NCBI GenBank assembly: GCA_002104945.1
Contig: MCFH01000009.1
Location: 186,001-250,000 of the forward strand
From: Piromyces finnis finn
Taxonomy: Eukaryota > Fungi > Neocallimastigomycota
DNA: 64,000 nt
Direction: 5' to 3'
A program made the position numbers and the translations under genes. This document shows, piece by piece, positions 15,682 through 34,100 of the stretch. Positions within the stretch are counted from its first letter, which is position 1. Every line of letters starts with the position of its first letter. Below the pieces are notes generated by a model. The model was not told where the DNA came from. It searched no databases and saw only the letters and a list, made by a program, of their open reading frames with translations.

Positions 15682-17292
15682 AGTTATAAATGTTAGTATT
15701 ACATCTATATAATATTTCATTTTTAATTTTTACAATTTTGATATTTACCTTATTTAAAAAATTTTAGAAATAAATTAATTTTTTTAGTATAAAAGAAAAA
15801 AAAAACATTTTTCTGTATTTTTTATACTCTTTAATTTTTCCATAGTAGTTTCAACTTTATTTAGATAAAAAAAAAAAAAAAGGTCATAATTATATATATT
15901 TTCTTTTTTAATTAAAAATAGTATTTAATATTTACTTAAAAATAATAATAAAATACATTTATAGTAATTTAATATATTCAAAAGGTAATATTAAAAAAAA
16001 AACAAATATATAATATTATAAAATATTTTATTTTATAATTTTTTTCCCATTATTATTAATATTATTATTATTGATGTTTTATATTATTATTATTTATGAT
16101 GATACTTTTTAATGTAGTATATTATTGTTAAAAAACATTATTAAATATTGTTTTTTATTAAAAAATATATTATTATTATTAAATTATATTAATAATTAAG
16201 ACGTATAAATATATATATAAATATACTTATTTATATTTATATTATGACTATAATAAAATTTTAATCCTCTTTCATACTACATTCCTTAATTGTATATTTG
16301 GATAAATAAAAAAAAAAGTTTTAATTCTAGACTCTTTTTTTTTTTCAAACTCATATAAAGTAATTTGGCCGTTTTTTTTTTTGTTGTTGTTATTTGACTC
16401 ATTATAAAACATGATTAACCTTCCTTAAAAACTTTAATTAATATAATAATTTATATGATCAACCATAAATTAATTATAAATTAAATTGAATGGTAATATT
16501 GAACTTTTATTTAATTTAAATTTTTTATATTTTAATTTTTTTTTTTATTAAAGCATTTTAATAAAATTTTAATTTGATGCATATTTTTTTTGGTATTTTT
16601 TTTTATTTATTGGTATGTAAATCTAAATTATAATTATAATTTATGGGAGATGAATTTAAGATTATATTAAAAAATTTTCAAGTGTAAAATCAAGTACTAA
16701 AATACTAAAAAAATATATTATAATTCAAGTAGTAGTACTATACTAAAAAAATATATTATAATATTAAAAAAAAAACATTCTTCTTTACACCTATTATGAA
16801 AAATAAAAAAAAAACCTTGGTACATTTTAAAATTAATTTCTATTAGTTTTATTTATTTTTAAATATATTAATAAATATACATTATTTGTTTGTTTATATT
16901 TTTAAACTTATCGTTGATTAAGCTTGTTAATCATAAACTATTAAACAATAAATTATGATAAATGTTTTTTTTTAAAGAAATACTATAATAACCTTATTTT
17001 TATAATATAAGAGAAATTAGATTTCTTTTGAATTTTAAATATGAAATATCAATTAGAATAATGTTTTGATTTTGATTTACATTATTGATTTTTTTTATCT
17101 ATTAACTTTATAAAACGTTAATATGTTCGTTTTATATTTATTTTATCGTTATCATTGAATTATTATTACTTTAACATTAAAAGTAATACTCTATTGGTTA
17201 AATTATTAAACTATATATATATAAAAAAAATGTTAAATTTTCCCTTATAAAGGAATCCACAAACTTAAATTTATTCAATAAATTTAAAATAC

Positions 17293-18768
17293 TTAGTTTT
17301 CTTCAGCTGAATCATCAGCAGAATCTTCATTATTTTCAATTTCAGCATCAACATCTTCAACAGATAATTCAGAATCTTCATCAACATCCTTAATAAATGA
17401 TTCAACATCATTAAACATCCAAGTTGGAACCTTATTTATTAAATCGTTAACATAATCAATACTCTTGACAACTTCATAATCATAATATTCAGATGGTTCA
17501 AAAGTTTCAGTAGTGAAGGTAGCATCAGTCCAAGCTGGATTGGATTTACCATTGATAGCATTTTGGGCCATCTTAGTTTTAACCTTTAACTTGAAAGATT
17601 CTTCAGCCATTTTATCAAAATCTAAGTTCTTACCATTGTATTCGGAACCATTATCGTGGAAAGTGTAACCACCATAACTGTAAACAACAATATCATCAGC
17701 AGCTGGAATTTCTTCATTACCTACATAGTTGAATGAATTGTATTCAGAAAGAACATCAGAGTAAACACCTAAACCAATAAAGTATTGTGGGTTGGCATTA
17801 TCATCATGATAATAATTGTCAACAGTAAGGGATGGGTAACCTGGCTTGAAAGTTTCAGCATAGTAATAATTGTTGAAAACATGAACCTTACCGTAACGTA
17901 CACGTGGAAGACGTTCATTACAGTTAACGAAAACATTATTATAAATAGTAACCTTTAAGTGATCACGATCGGTAGTACGACCATCACTGTTACCAATTAA
18001 ACTGGTCTTTTGGTGGTTTTCAAAACGGTTGTTGGAAACAGTAACATAATCAGCACTATTAACAATATCTAAAAGACCATCGTGTAATTCAATGTATTTA
18101 CCGAAAACAAATTGAGTGGTATCAACACCTTTAGCACCATCACTTAAGTAACAGTTATCAATCCAAACATTAGTAGAGTTATGAACAACAATGGCATCAT
18201 ATTCAGCATTCCAGGAACCATGAATACCATCAGTTGGATCCCATTCAGCGAAAAGATCATTTGGAGCTTCAACAGATAAATTCTTTATAATAACATTTTC
18301 GCTTTCCTTGATTTGAATAGACATTTCTTCTAATCTAGAATCATCACCAGTACCAATAATAGTAGTGTTTGGAGTGATTCTAACCATAATTTGAGCAGCT
18401 TGAATTGGAGCACCTTGAAGACGAAGTTCATTAATTTTATTACATTCATCGGTATTTAACCATTCAGAACCATCTTCAGTGAAACAATCAAGGTATTTTT
18501 GGAAAGAAAAACCTGGAACTAATTCTTCAGCAGATAAAATGTGACCATTATCATCTTCAGCACCATTAATTGGTGATTCAATGTAAATAATCTTTGGACC
18601 AGATGGATTACCGTTGTTATTTAAAGCATCTTTTAATTCTTTGTATGAGTTGACGTGATATTCAACACCACCTTCACCACCAGTAGTGTTCTTACCCCAA
18701 CCGATTGGAGAAGTAGCATTAGCAGCAACAGCTAATAATAAACTAAGGTTTAATTTTGAAAATTTCAT
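17293..18768 (-). CDS. Secreted pectate lyase PL1, paralog of 12372-13841, intronless, no dockerin
   Basis: Signal peptide, GWGKNTTGGEGG, EYDAIVV, VWIDNC, LHDGLLDI, RLPRVRYGKVHVFNNYY, acidic tail. Colinear with the first copy. Confidence 0.93.
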   Translation of the reverse strand: MKFSKLNLSLLLAVAANATSPIGWGKNTTGGEGGVEYHVNSYKELKDALNNNGNPSGPKIIYIESPINGAEDDNGHILSAEELVPGFSFQKYLDCFTEDGSEWLNTDECNKINELRLQGAPIQAAQIMVRITPNTTIIGTGDDSRLEEMSIQIKESENVIIKNLSVEAPNDLFAEWDPTDGIHGSWNAEYDAIVVHNSTNVWIDNCYLSDGAKGVDTTQFVFGKYIELHDGLLDIVNSADYVTVSNNRFENHQKTSLIGNSDGRTTDRDHLKVTIYNNVFVNCNERLPRVRYGKVHVFNNYYYAETFKPGYPSLTVDNYYHDDNANPQYFIGLGVYSDVLSEYNSFNYVGNEEIPAADDIVVYSYGGYTFHDNGSEYNGKNLDFDKMAEESFKLKVKTKMAQNAINGKSNPAWTDATFTTETFEPSEYYDYEVVKSIDYVNDLINKVPTWMFNDVESFIKDVDEDSELSVEDVDAEIENNEDSADDSAEEN

Positions 18769-21700
18769 TTTATTTATTTAATTTATTCTTTAAAATGGAA
18801 AATATATCAAATATATAAATAATATTTTATTTCAAAAAATAAACATAAAGAAATTAATGTCTTATTGATATTTTTATTATATTATTATAAAAGATTCAAT
18901 TATATACAATATTTAAATTTGATATAAATTCTTACTCTTAAATTATTTTTTTTTTTATTTTGTATATATATAGTTAAATAAATAGGGAATAATTAAAGTA
19001 GAATTATAATAAAAAAAGGAAACTTAACTATTTATATGAAATAAAAATATTAGAGTTCTTATTAAGTAATATGATATAATATATAATGATATAATAATAT
19101 AAATGAATTTATTAAAACTTGTTTTATTGAAAGAATGTAACATTTTAAATTAAATGAATATATTTCAAAACCAATAAATTTTATTTATAATATTTTAATT
19201 TAAAAAAAAATATATATATATATTTTCTATTAAAATTTGCATTTAATAATAAAGTTTAAGGATGATTACATTCATTTTTTCATTTGTAAATTATTAATAT
19301 ACGATGTTACAATAAACTGTTAATAATTTAATTAAAATTTATTATTATTCATAATATAATATATAACTTAATATATTATTTAATATAACATATTTTATAT
19401 CTTTTTTATACTATAAAAAAGAAATTTAAAAAATGAATAATAAAAAAATTTTACAATTAAATCCAACATTGAAATAAGAAAAAAAAAAAAAAAAACGAGC
19501 TACCTTATTTATGAACCTTAAAATATAATAGAATAGAATAGAATAAAATATTATTAAAGATTAGAAATTATATATAATTTTAATAATATTTAAAATTAAA
19601 ATTTGATATTATATTATTTGAAACTATTTATATCAAAAAAAAAAAATAAATAAATAAACAATGAAAATAATCGATAATTAAATCTTAGTATATAATATAT
19701 TTTAATAAATTATATGTTACAATATAATTTCTGTTTTTTTGATTTTTTTTATTCCATAAATATATAAATCATATTAAAAAAAAAAAAAGGACTAAATATG
19801 AAATTGAAAAAATTATATAATATTCTGTAATACTATGATATCATCAATAATATTAATTAAAATTTAAAAATTAATTATTTCAATAACCTTATTTACTATT
19901 AAAAATTTTATAGCTAAATTAATAATTACAGAACCTATTAACACAATATATATAATAAGATTCAACATTTTTCCATTGAATAAAAAATGTCCTCCTTTAA
20001 TTATAAAATTTAATTACCAACACCAACAATAAACATTTTCGGAATATTATATTTTATATTAATTAATATTCCATTGTTTTTTATAATAAATAATGTTTCA
20101 ATTATTACAAAATTTTTAATTAATATAAAGAAAAAAAAAATTATGTTATAAAATAAAGTTTATAATGAAATGAAACAAAATAAATCAATAAAAATGTAGA
20201 GTAAAACCTAAAATACCAAAAAAAAAAAAAAAAGCCTTTTTTTGTTTCCTATAATATATTATTTATAATATTATATTATAATTATAACTAACACTTTTCA
20301 AATTGAAAAAAAAATACTTTTTTCATCTTATAAAAAAATTTAACATTTATTAATACACAACCAAAGATTTTCTTATATTACACAAAAAATACTGCCTATA
20401 TTTAGTATTTCTTTAATGAAAGGGAGATATAATTCTATTAACCATTTCCTTTTATTAATTTTTTCAGATGAATGGTGGAATAGCCTAATATAACTATAAT
20501 ATATATTTTCAAAAAGTAAAATAAATATATTATGAATAAAATACTTTATATAGATAATTTATTAATCTTTTTTTTTTTCACACTATTCTTTTATCATAAT
20601 TTAATTTTATAATTAATTAAAATAAAATTAATTATAATTATTTCCTATATATAAAATATGAATAATAGTTGTTATACTTTATAAAACAATAGTATATTTA
20701 AAAATTAAATAAAAAAAAATTACCTTTTAAAAAGAATTAAAAATGTATCCCATCTAGAAATTTAATATTCATTTTTATATCATAAATATACTTATTATGG
20801 AAGTTCTATACAAATCTAGAAAAAATAAAATTTTTCAAAGACTCCTTTTACTACTTTTTTAATCAAGCTTATATATATGTTACGTTTACATCTTTTAATG
20901 TTTTTAGTTTGATATAATAAGAATAAGTATAGACAATAAATATTATTTTATTTCTATATTTGTTTCATTCTAGAATTTTTATTTATTTTTTACTTTTACT
21001 TTCAATTGACAGTTTAATCAAGCACAAATATAATAATCTGAAACGTCTAATAGCCAAACATATAATATTTATTATTATATAATAATATATTATAATTTAT
21101 TATAATTAATAAGATTTTATATTATACATATAAAAATAATATATTGGGACTATTTTCAGAAAAAACAATAAAACTTTAATTATATTTTAATTAATTATTC
21201 CATTAGTCGCTATTTATAAAAATTTATAAATATGGAAGAATATTGTTATACCATTAAATTACTAATATTTTGTGTTTAAGCCATGCTAAAAGTAATAAAA
21301 TTATTGGAACATTTTTCATTTATTTTATGAAAGTATGTTATATAAACGACAATATATTATATAATATATTATATGTTATATATCATATATTGTTAAAATT
21401 ATAAAATAATAAAAAATATTGTTAAGACGACTATGTAATATAAGCAAGAAATAAAGGGTAAATAATATTGAGAAGAAAGGAAAAAATTAAAATAGTTTTG
21501 ATAAAATATGCCACTATAAAATATATTATTTTTATTTACTCTTATCTCTACTATCTTTCTAAAACATAATTTAATAACTTGTGTAAAATTAAAAAAAAAT
21601 GTGTCTAGATTTAAAAATTAATTTTAATAATAAATTAAATTGCTACATTTTTTTCCATTCAAATAAATCTCAAAAAAATTGAAATTAATAAAAATAAAGT

Positions 21701-23304
21701 TATTTTAATATTATTAACATTTAAATTAAAAATAAATTAAATTTTTTATTTTAAAATAATAGTTAAAAAAAAGAATTTACAATCTAAAAACTAAAATCAA
21801 TATCAATATATATATAATTAATATATTTTAAACAGAAAGAAAAAAAAAAAGAACATATAAAACATGGGGGAAATTTATATTATTAACAGAATTATGTTTA
21901 TTATAAAATAAGAAAAGTGGAAATTATTAAATTAATAATGATTAATAATGATTAATAATGAATAACTATTCTCACTAAAAAAAAAAAAAAAAAAAGAATA
22001 CCAATAATTAATAGCATGCTTTTCAATTAAAAAAAATGATAAAATTTGAAGAAATTGTTGTTAATCTAGACATTCTAATTATATATATATATTATTTTTA
22101 TATTTATTTTATACTATATGCAATGATTAATAATAAAAAATATATATATTTATTTCCATTCTTTTTCACTATGATGTATCCCCTTTAACATTTATTTCTA
22201 ACAATTAATATTAATTTAAAAGTGAATAGTATAGAAATAAAACTATTAAAAATAATTAATTATTGAGAAAACTAATTATAAAATGTTTTATTTTGTTTTA
22301 TTTTTTAAACCTTTATATTATTTATTATTAAGGTTAATGAACCATGTTCTTATAGTTAATATAACTTTATTATAATATAAAATGAAATTTTGTTTTAATT
22401 TTCAAAATTGTATTATAGAATAAGGTTATTCTTATTTGTCATGGAAATTAAATTTCATATTGAAATTGTTTTATATTAAAACATACAAAAACAAATAAAA
22501 TAAAATAAAAAAACTTGCCGTTAGATATTAAAAAAAAATTAAATTTAATAATAAAAAAAATTGTTTTGTTCTATTTAAATAAAATATATATTATCAATAA
22601 TTAATATATTAAGATTATTTAAAAAAAAAGTTTATATTTAATATTCTTAATCATTATTTATTTTATTATCAACAACTAATAAGTAAGGAAGGAAGGAAGG
22701 AAAAATACTAAAATATACATTGAAATAACAATAACAACATAAAAAAGTTATTGTTTTGTTATTTTATTTAAATACTTTATTTGAAGAATTTTTTTAAAGT
22801 AAAATAGGAATTAGAATTAATATCTTATATATCATTAACTAATAAGAGTCAATATATAAATTAAATTACAAATAATTTATCTTTTTGATAGATATATACC
22901 ATCAATATTGTTAAAATATATAAACATTTTAAGATTTTCAATACATTGCATATAAATCTACTATATTACGTATACATTGTTTATTTTGACATTTATATTA
23001 GGAACTATTATACTATTATTGCATTTCTTATTTAATTCTTATGATTTAACATTTTATTCTTTTTATATATTTAATTATTATTTCATATAAATATGATCTA
23101 GTCTTTTTTTACACCTTTTTATTGTAATCTGAGTTTATAAAGTTTATTTTAATTCAATAAATAGAAATATAAAAAGTATAATGGAGGCAATGAAATATTT
23201 ATATTAAAAAAAATATGTTGTATAAAACTATATTTCAAATTCATTTTCAAATAAATGATAAAATATTTATATTCAATAGAATTACCAATTTAATAATAGT
23301 TTAG

Positions 23305-23312
23305 TATTATTA

Positions 23313-23347
<35 letters not shown>

Positions 23348-23348
23348 G

Positions 23349-23398
<50 letters not shown>

Positions 23399-23399
23399 G

Positions 23400-23447
<48 letters not shown>

Positions 23448-23513
23448 TATTATGTTTATTATTATTATTATGTTTATTATTATTTTATTATTATTATGTT
23501 TATTATTATTATG

Positions 23514-23545
<32 letters not shown>

Positions 23546-23679
23546 GTTTATTATTATTATTAATTATTATGTTTATTATTATGTTTATTATTATTATTAT
23601 GTTTATTATTATTATGTTTATTATTATTATTAATTATTATGTTTATTATTATTATGATTATGATTATGTTTATTATTAT
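23305..23679. repeat. Compound (TTA)n microsatellite
   Basis: TTA array with TGTTTA variants downstream of the channel gene. Confidence 0.95.
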
Positions 23680-24113
23680 TAACAAGCTAGTTTTACAGTA
23701 CTAGAGAGTTATTACACAAAATGTATATGTTTATGAAGTCTTTCATTTATTATATGAAAATTTTCATTACATTTATATCATACATATAACAAATATATTA
23801 CATTATTATGCTACATTATTCTATTACATTATTTCAAATACATATTATTACATTATAATTTATAATGTATTACATGATTATTATTATTATGTTTATTATT
23901 ATGATGATGATGATGATTAAATTTTATTATTTTTTATATTTTATTATATTTTTTATTATTTATTTTTATTAAATTTACATGATTAGATTAATCTTTTTTT
24001 TTTTTTAATTATAAATATTATTGATTGTATTTTTCATGTTTTTTTTTTTTTTTAAGATAGTTATACATTAAAATAAATAAATTACTTCTATTAATTTCAA
24101 AAATTTTTTTTTT

Positions 24114-27020
<2,907 letters not shown>

Positions 27021-30000
27021 TATTAATTATTATATATAAGATACTTTAAATTTAAAATAAATTAAAAATGAAGAAAAAAAAATGAAAAAAGTAAAAAAAA
27101 CTTTCCTTTGAATATATATAATTAATTTAAAATTAAATTTTAAACTTTTGGTATATATTAATTATATTGGTAATTTAAATAATATATAATATAATGGATT
27201 ATACAAGATGAATATAAAATGAAAAGGTAAAATTATAAATAATTATTTACTAAAAGATTATTATAAATAATAATAAATATAATATGGATTTATATTGAAT
27301 TTATTTAAATTATATAATAAACAAATTGGCAAGTTTTTTTTTTTTTTTAATAGCTTAATTTTAAAATTATTTTTATAAAAGATTTCATTCCCCAAATTTC
27401 AAATTCTATTTTATATATATATTTATTAGCAAAAAAAAAAAAAAAAAAAAAAAAAAAGAGTTAATTTTAGAAATTTACTATTAAGCAAAAAAAAAAAAAA
27501 GTTGATAATAGAACTATATTTATTCGCTAATTATTATTTAATCCTTCAAAAAAAAAAAAAAGGAATTATGATAAGAATAATAATAATTTTACATTAATAA
27601 ATTGATAAATAATATAATAATATAATTGTATGTCTATATACTTTTATTATTTTGAAATGAATTTCAGTAAAAGAAAATAAATAATAAAATAAAAGTACGA
27701 ATAATTTTAATTTAAAAATGTTTGAGATTTACTTTATAAAAGTTTTTTTTTTTTTTTAATTTAAAATTTTAGAAAAGTTTATGTTTTGTTGAATTTTGTT
27801 TTTTTATTTACATTTTTATTTAACTTTTTCTGTTAATTATTTCTTTCCTTTTTTTTTTTAGTTTTTACTTTTATTATCTTTTTTTTTTTTTAATTTCTAT
27901 CCATTTTGTGTTATCGCTTTTTTTTTTTTATCTTTTTTTTATCTTTCTTTTTTAATATAATTTTTTTTTTTTTTTTTGGTTATTTTAATTTTTTATGGAT
28001 GATGTTGGGTATGGTTACACGTACATTACCACGATTTTTTTTTTTTGATTTTATGTATTTTTTATTGATTGATAAAATTTATATTTAATATAATTTATTT
28101 TATCTCCTATTTAATTTATTATTGCATAAACGTTTTTTTCTGTTTTTATAAACATTTCTCAAAAGTGTTTTTATTTTTTATTATATATATAATAGATAAT
28201 AGATATATTTTTATATTTTTATGTACAATAAATAAAAATCAAATTTTTATAGTACTATTTTAGATAGATAGATAATGTATTAATAATGTAAAAGAGTTTT
28301 GTACAAAAAAAGGTTATATCTTTTTAAATTAATTTTCTATCAAAAATCTAATCTTTTGGATAAAATAAACTAAAAATATTTTTCATTTCAATATATTCTA
28401 ATACGTCTTCTTAAAGGTATACAAATACATATAAATATCATTTTATTTTTTAATACTATTCTATAATAATTTATTTTATCTTGCTTATTTTTCAATTATA
28501 AAAAAAATTACTTTATTAAATTTTGTATGTGTGTTGGAGTTGTTTTTTTTTTTTTGTTGTTATCCTATTTATAATAAAATGGCATGACTAAAGTTATTTT
28601 ATATATATTTATTTCACTTTTGTAAATTTAATTGAAATATTTTATCATCAATTGGTTGTAAATATTTCATACAAGGATTTCTTTTCCTATACTACCTTAA
28701 TATATATTTAAAGAAGTATGAATTTTCTATTGTTATTCTTTTTTGAGTTTTCTTTTTCTATATAGATAAAAAACATTGGTGAACCTAAAAAATATAAATT
28801 AATCTTTATGATGAAATAGGAAATAGTGTGAAATTTTGGATATAATTCTTTTTTTTTTTTTACATTATTTAATAAGAATTGATTGATTCGAATAGATGAT
28901 ATATCATAAATTGTCTTTTTATTCTATTATTTCTATTAAATTAAAAGAATTAACTATGAATTCTTTGTATAGATTATTGTAATGTAATCATATATTTTTA
29001 GAAAAAAAAAACTTTTGTCTAAATTAAAAAATTGTTTCAATAGTTTAATAGTAGTTGTAATAACATAACATTCTTATGTATTTTTATATTCCTCTTCTAT
29101 CATTAGTATTTACAAAATATTCCTAATTTTATAAATTCAAAATTTAGTTTGTTTATTTATTATTGCTTGATCCATTTATTATTTCATTATTATTAAACTT
29201 TGATAATTTCATAAACCTTTCAATCATTTTTTTAATAAACTATATCCTAATATAATAGTATTTTTTATATATATCATTATAATCAAATTGTATAAAAAAT
29301 AGAATAACATTTAATGTTTTATTTTATAATTAAATGCTATTTGATTATAATGAGAATAACAAATATTGAATTATATATTATTATATGTTTAAGAAGTGAA
29401 TTAAAGTGTCAAGAATATTGAAAAAAAATAAATAATAAATTTACTAAATATATAATTAAAATTAGTATTTAATTAGAATGAATAGCATTATTTCAATTAT
29501 TAGCTAACGATAGTATAAAATTTTCATGTTTACTATTTATTTTCTTCTTTCCCTTTTAATCCATTAATTATAAACTATTTTATTATTATTGTTCATCATT
29601 CACTTTTTCACCAACGCATAAAATCCTAACCATTTTATTTTATGGTTCATTTCATTTTTTTTTTAAAAAAATAATTTAATTATAATTCTCTAGAGTTTTA
29701 TTGGTGGATTGAATCAATTATTAAATATATTATTTAAAATATTTATTTCAAAATCAATAAAAATTTGTTTTATAATTTGCAAGCAATGCTATTATTGGTT
29801 CTTTTTTGGTGTATCATAATTTCTTTTTTATTGTACTACCTTTTCATAAACTTTAATTACTTTTTTTTTATTTTTAGTGTAACATAAACCTATCAAAAAA
29901 TTAAATTTTTGGATAAATTAATAAATTGTATATATTAAAAATATAATTTAAATATACTAAAAAAGTTTCAAAAAAAGCGATAATTTAGGTTAGTAGAATG

Positions 30001-30964
30001 ACGATTTGGTTGTTGCACCTACTAGCACTGTCACCGTGAAAAAGGAATACACAAGAAATCAATAAATATATTTAATAATAAAAGATAATAAATAAATTAA
30101 AAAAATTAAAATTAAAATTTATTTGTAAAAGTTTTTTTTTTTTTTACATTATAATTTATATTAAATTGTATTAATCATATATTACAAATTAAAAATGAAT
30201 TTTTTCATCTCTATTTTTTATATATTATGTATTAAAATGACCTAAAATTTATTTTTTTTTTCTTTTTAAAAAAAAATAGTAAATAAATAATAAAAAAAAT
30301 AAAAATAAAAAAAAAAATATATATAATAAATATTTATTTTAGTAAATAGCAAAGAGTAATATTATTATAATAATATGACTTCCTATAATAATTTATTATA
30401 TAAATTATAAATTTACTAAAATTGTATTTAAATAAACTATATTTCATAAAAGAAAGAGAAATAATTTATAAATGTAAACACAAGCGATAACTATTCCAAA
30501 TATATAATATTTTGTTATTAAAAAATAATTTTTAATAATCTTTTTTCAGTCTTTTTGTTGATTATATATATATAAATAAATAAATGATTGAATAATAATA
30601 AAAGTTTTTATTATTATATATATTATATATAATGGAATAATATAATTGTTTTCTTTTTTAAAGTGATTAATAAACTGGTTTTATTTTTTATTGTAAAATT
30701 TATTTAATATAGTTGTAAAATAACATTTTAATAAATTCTTCATTTTAGTAATAATAAAGTAAATATTATTTATGATAAGAAATTATTATTAAAAATATTA
30801 AAATTAAAAATTAATATAATAGTAATAAAACAAAAATAAAAATGTAATATAAATAATTAAACATTATTAATAAAACTAATAATATTAATAGCATCATTTA
30901 AAATAGTAATAATAACAACAACAGTAATAATATACTACCAATAAGTAAAAACTACTATTACTAA

Positions 30965-31001
<37 letters not shown>

Positions 31002-31152
31002 ATATATAATTAAAATTAGTACTAAAATTATTAATATAAAATAGTTGAAAGCTAAAAATATTAAAAAAAAAAAAAAAAAAAAATTGTTAAATTTATAATC
31101 ATTTATTTAATATAGAAACCATTTTTCGAATAAAGTATTCTATATTTCATAA

Positions 31153-34100
31153 ATGTCATATTATTATAAAAAAAAAAAAAGTAAAATTATAAATGTCAAT
31201 AATATATTAATCATGCAATCTGATTGTGATAGTATAATTTCCTTTTATAAAGGAAGTAATTTAAAATTCAGTAATGAAAATTGTTGTAATTGGTCAAATA
31301 TTCAATGTAAAAATAATAAAATCTACTTATTGTAAGTTATTTATTTATTATATTATTAATATTATTTTCATTTATCAATGTTCTTATTTTTTATAAATGA
31401 TTAACAAAATAAATTTCCCTAATTCACAACAGTCAATATATCAATGATAATAATGAAAAAATTGATTTTTCGACATTTCCAATTCTAGGAGAGCTTACTG
31501 ATTTGTATATTATTATTTTTATACTTAAATATAAATAAATAAATAAATAAGTAAATAAATAAATATTTATTAATTAAACAAAATATTTTAATATATTTAT
31601 AATTAAGAATAATTCAAGGAAAATACTTGTTAGGAGGTTCAGTCCCCACTATATTTTTTAGTCAGCCAAAATTGATGCGATTGTAAGTATTATGAAATAT
31701 TGATTACAATGTCATAATTCATATTTATTTTGATTACAATATTAATACCAAATTAAATTTAGAATATTAGATAACAGCAATATATGGGAAATACCAAATA
31801 TTATAAATTCTGCCAGCTCTAGTTCAATAGAGTCGATGTAAGAAATATGATATAAATTAAAGTGATAATAATAGTATAACTTACATCTTTTTTTTTTTAA
31901 TTATTAAATATTTAGATCCTTAAAAAATAATCTTTTGACGGCATTTCCATATTTTTTACGTAATATGCCTCATTTAAAATCATTGTATGTAAAAGAAAAA
32001 AAAATTAATATTATTACTCTATAAATAATTAATCTTATTATATATTTATAAAATAACTAGGAATATTAGTGAAAATAAAATAAATGAGGAATTAACAAAT
32101 GAAATTAGTCAATTTCCATCTCTAGAAATATTGTAATTATAAAAAATAAAATCATTATATATTATAAATTTAAAATTGGCTTTATATTTAAATTATTATA
32201 TCTTATAAATTAGGAATATATCATCCAACTTTATGACTGGTAGTATACCAGAAATCCCATCAAGTTTAAAAGAATTGTATGAATTAACAAATAGATTGTT
32301 TATAATACTTTAATATAAGCGTATATCATATACTAATAATTTTTTTTTTATTTTATACAATATTATAGATATATTGATAACAATCAATTCTCCTCCCTTA
32401 AATTTTCTTATTCTCAATCTCCAAATTTAGAAATATTGTAATATATCAAATAATTATATATTTAATTAATTGGATAAAAATAAAGGGAATATTAATTGTT
32501 TCATTTCAACATTTATATTTAAATTAGTTCTGGAAATAATAATAAACTTGGTAATGACGCCTTTAAGCTTCTTACAGAATTCCAAAATATGAAAAATATG
32601 TAAGAAATATAATTTCGTTAAATAATAAAAAAGATAAAATATATTGATTTTTTTCTATTTATTTTGTAATGGTTAAACAATAGTTCATTAGAAAATACGG
32701 AGTTGACAGGTATTCCATCATCAATAAACAATTTAAGTAAACTGAGATATTTGTATGTATTTATTATTTTTTAAAACTTGTAATATATTTACAATATAAT
32801 AATAATTAATAATTAATTAATAATAATGTTTTATTCTAAATGCATATAATTCAAGGTCATTAAAAAATAATGATATAGATCAATTACCAGAAGAGTTTAA
32901 TGATATAAAATATTTAGAAGAATTGTAATTATTGTTTATCTTTTTTTATAATTATTTTTATTTTTAAAATAATTAAAATATTGATGAAAATCTAAATTAT
33001 TTAATTTAAAAATTTTATTTAGAAATTTATCCGGAAATTCTAAATTAAAAGGAAAAATTAAGAGTGGTGCTGCCATCAGCAAATGTTATTTAAGTCATAC
33101 CGCCGATGTTTGTGTTGAATATAAAAATATATGTAGTTTCAATGATTCTCAAAATATTTGTGGACAAAGTAAAGGCTCTTCTTTACTTTCGAATATGGCA
33201 GTTGTTTTTCTATCCTTAGCCATTATATCATTGCTCATTTATATAATACATTTTCTTTATAAATTAAAGAAAGAAAAGAATAGAATGAAAAACTTTTCTC
33301 GTATGTCAAAAAGTACAAAAGGAAATAGCGAAAGTTTTGCTAATGACAGTTTAGATGTTAATTGTCAATCTTTAAGAAGTAAAACAAGTAAAGAAGTAAT
33401 TAATACTATTAATGAAGCAGTAAGTCATTTAAATTCTAAGAGTGATTCTAAAACTAGAAGCGCTGAAATTGCATTTTCTAATGGTATGAAAATAGTAGGT
33501 TCAGCAAATGAAGCCTTCAATTTGGCAAAAGATAGAAATCAAAAACCTCAGTTAAAAGAAATATTTAAAGATATTGATAGTCTTGATGGTGAAATTACAG
33601 ATCATTTATTTGTAAATCTAGAACGTGATGATAATCAAATCTCAAATAATAGTAATGATAATAATTTTAAAAACAATAATCAATATCCTTCTTTAAGTCG
33701 ATCTGTAATATCAAATCCCTGTACTTCATCTGAAGCTATAATACCACAAATAATAAATTATTCATTACCCAGAAATAATAATATAAGGAATATTATGCTT
33801 ACAAATACTTCAAATGCTTTAATGAATAATAATAATATGAATATGAACATGAATATAAATAATGGAATTACAAATAATAATAATAATAATAATTTAGATT
33901 TCAGAAATAATAGTAAAACTAACAATAATCATTATAGCAAAGTGAATTCAAGTACTCCTTATAACTCAATTGAGATTAAGACTAAGTTACTTCCCCGTTC
34001 TATATTGGCTAATTCTTCAGAATTTATTAATAATAATAATATGAACATTCTTAAATTGAATGCAAGAGATACTGTTATGCCCGGTGTTCGTAAAGATAAT

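Noticed and set aside
19000-23300. Long AT-rich spacer with a few slightly GC-richer patches (e.g. KTPFTT-like at ~20840)
   Set aside because: No sustained reading frame or repeat homology that I can support; possibly old TE debris.
27990-30065. Short coding-like islands (MDDVG at ~27996, MVRILCVGEK at ~29630 minus, NDDLVVAPTSTVTVKKEY at ~29997)
   Set aside because: They are too short and cannot be linked into a gene model.
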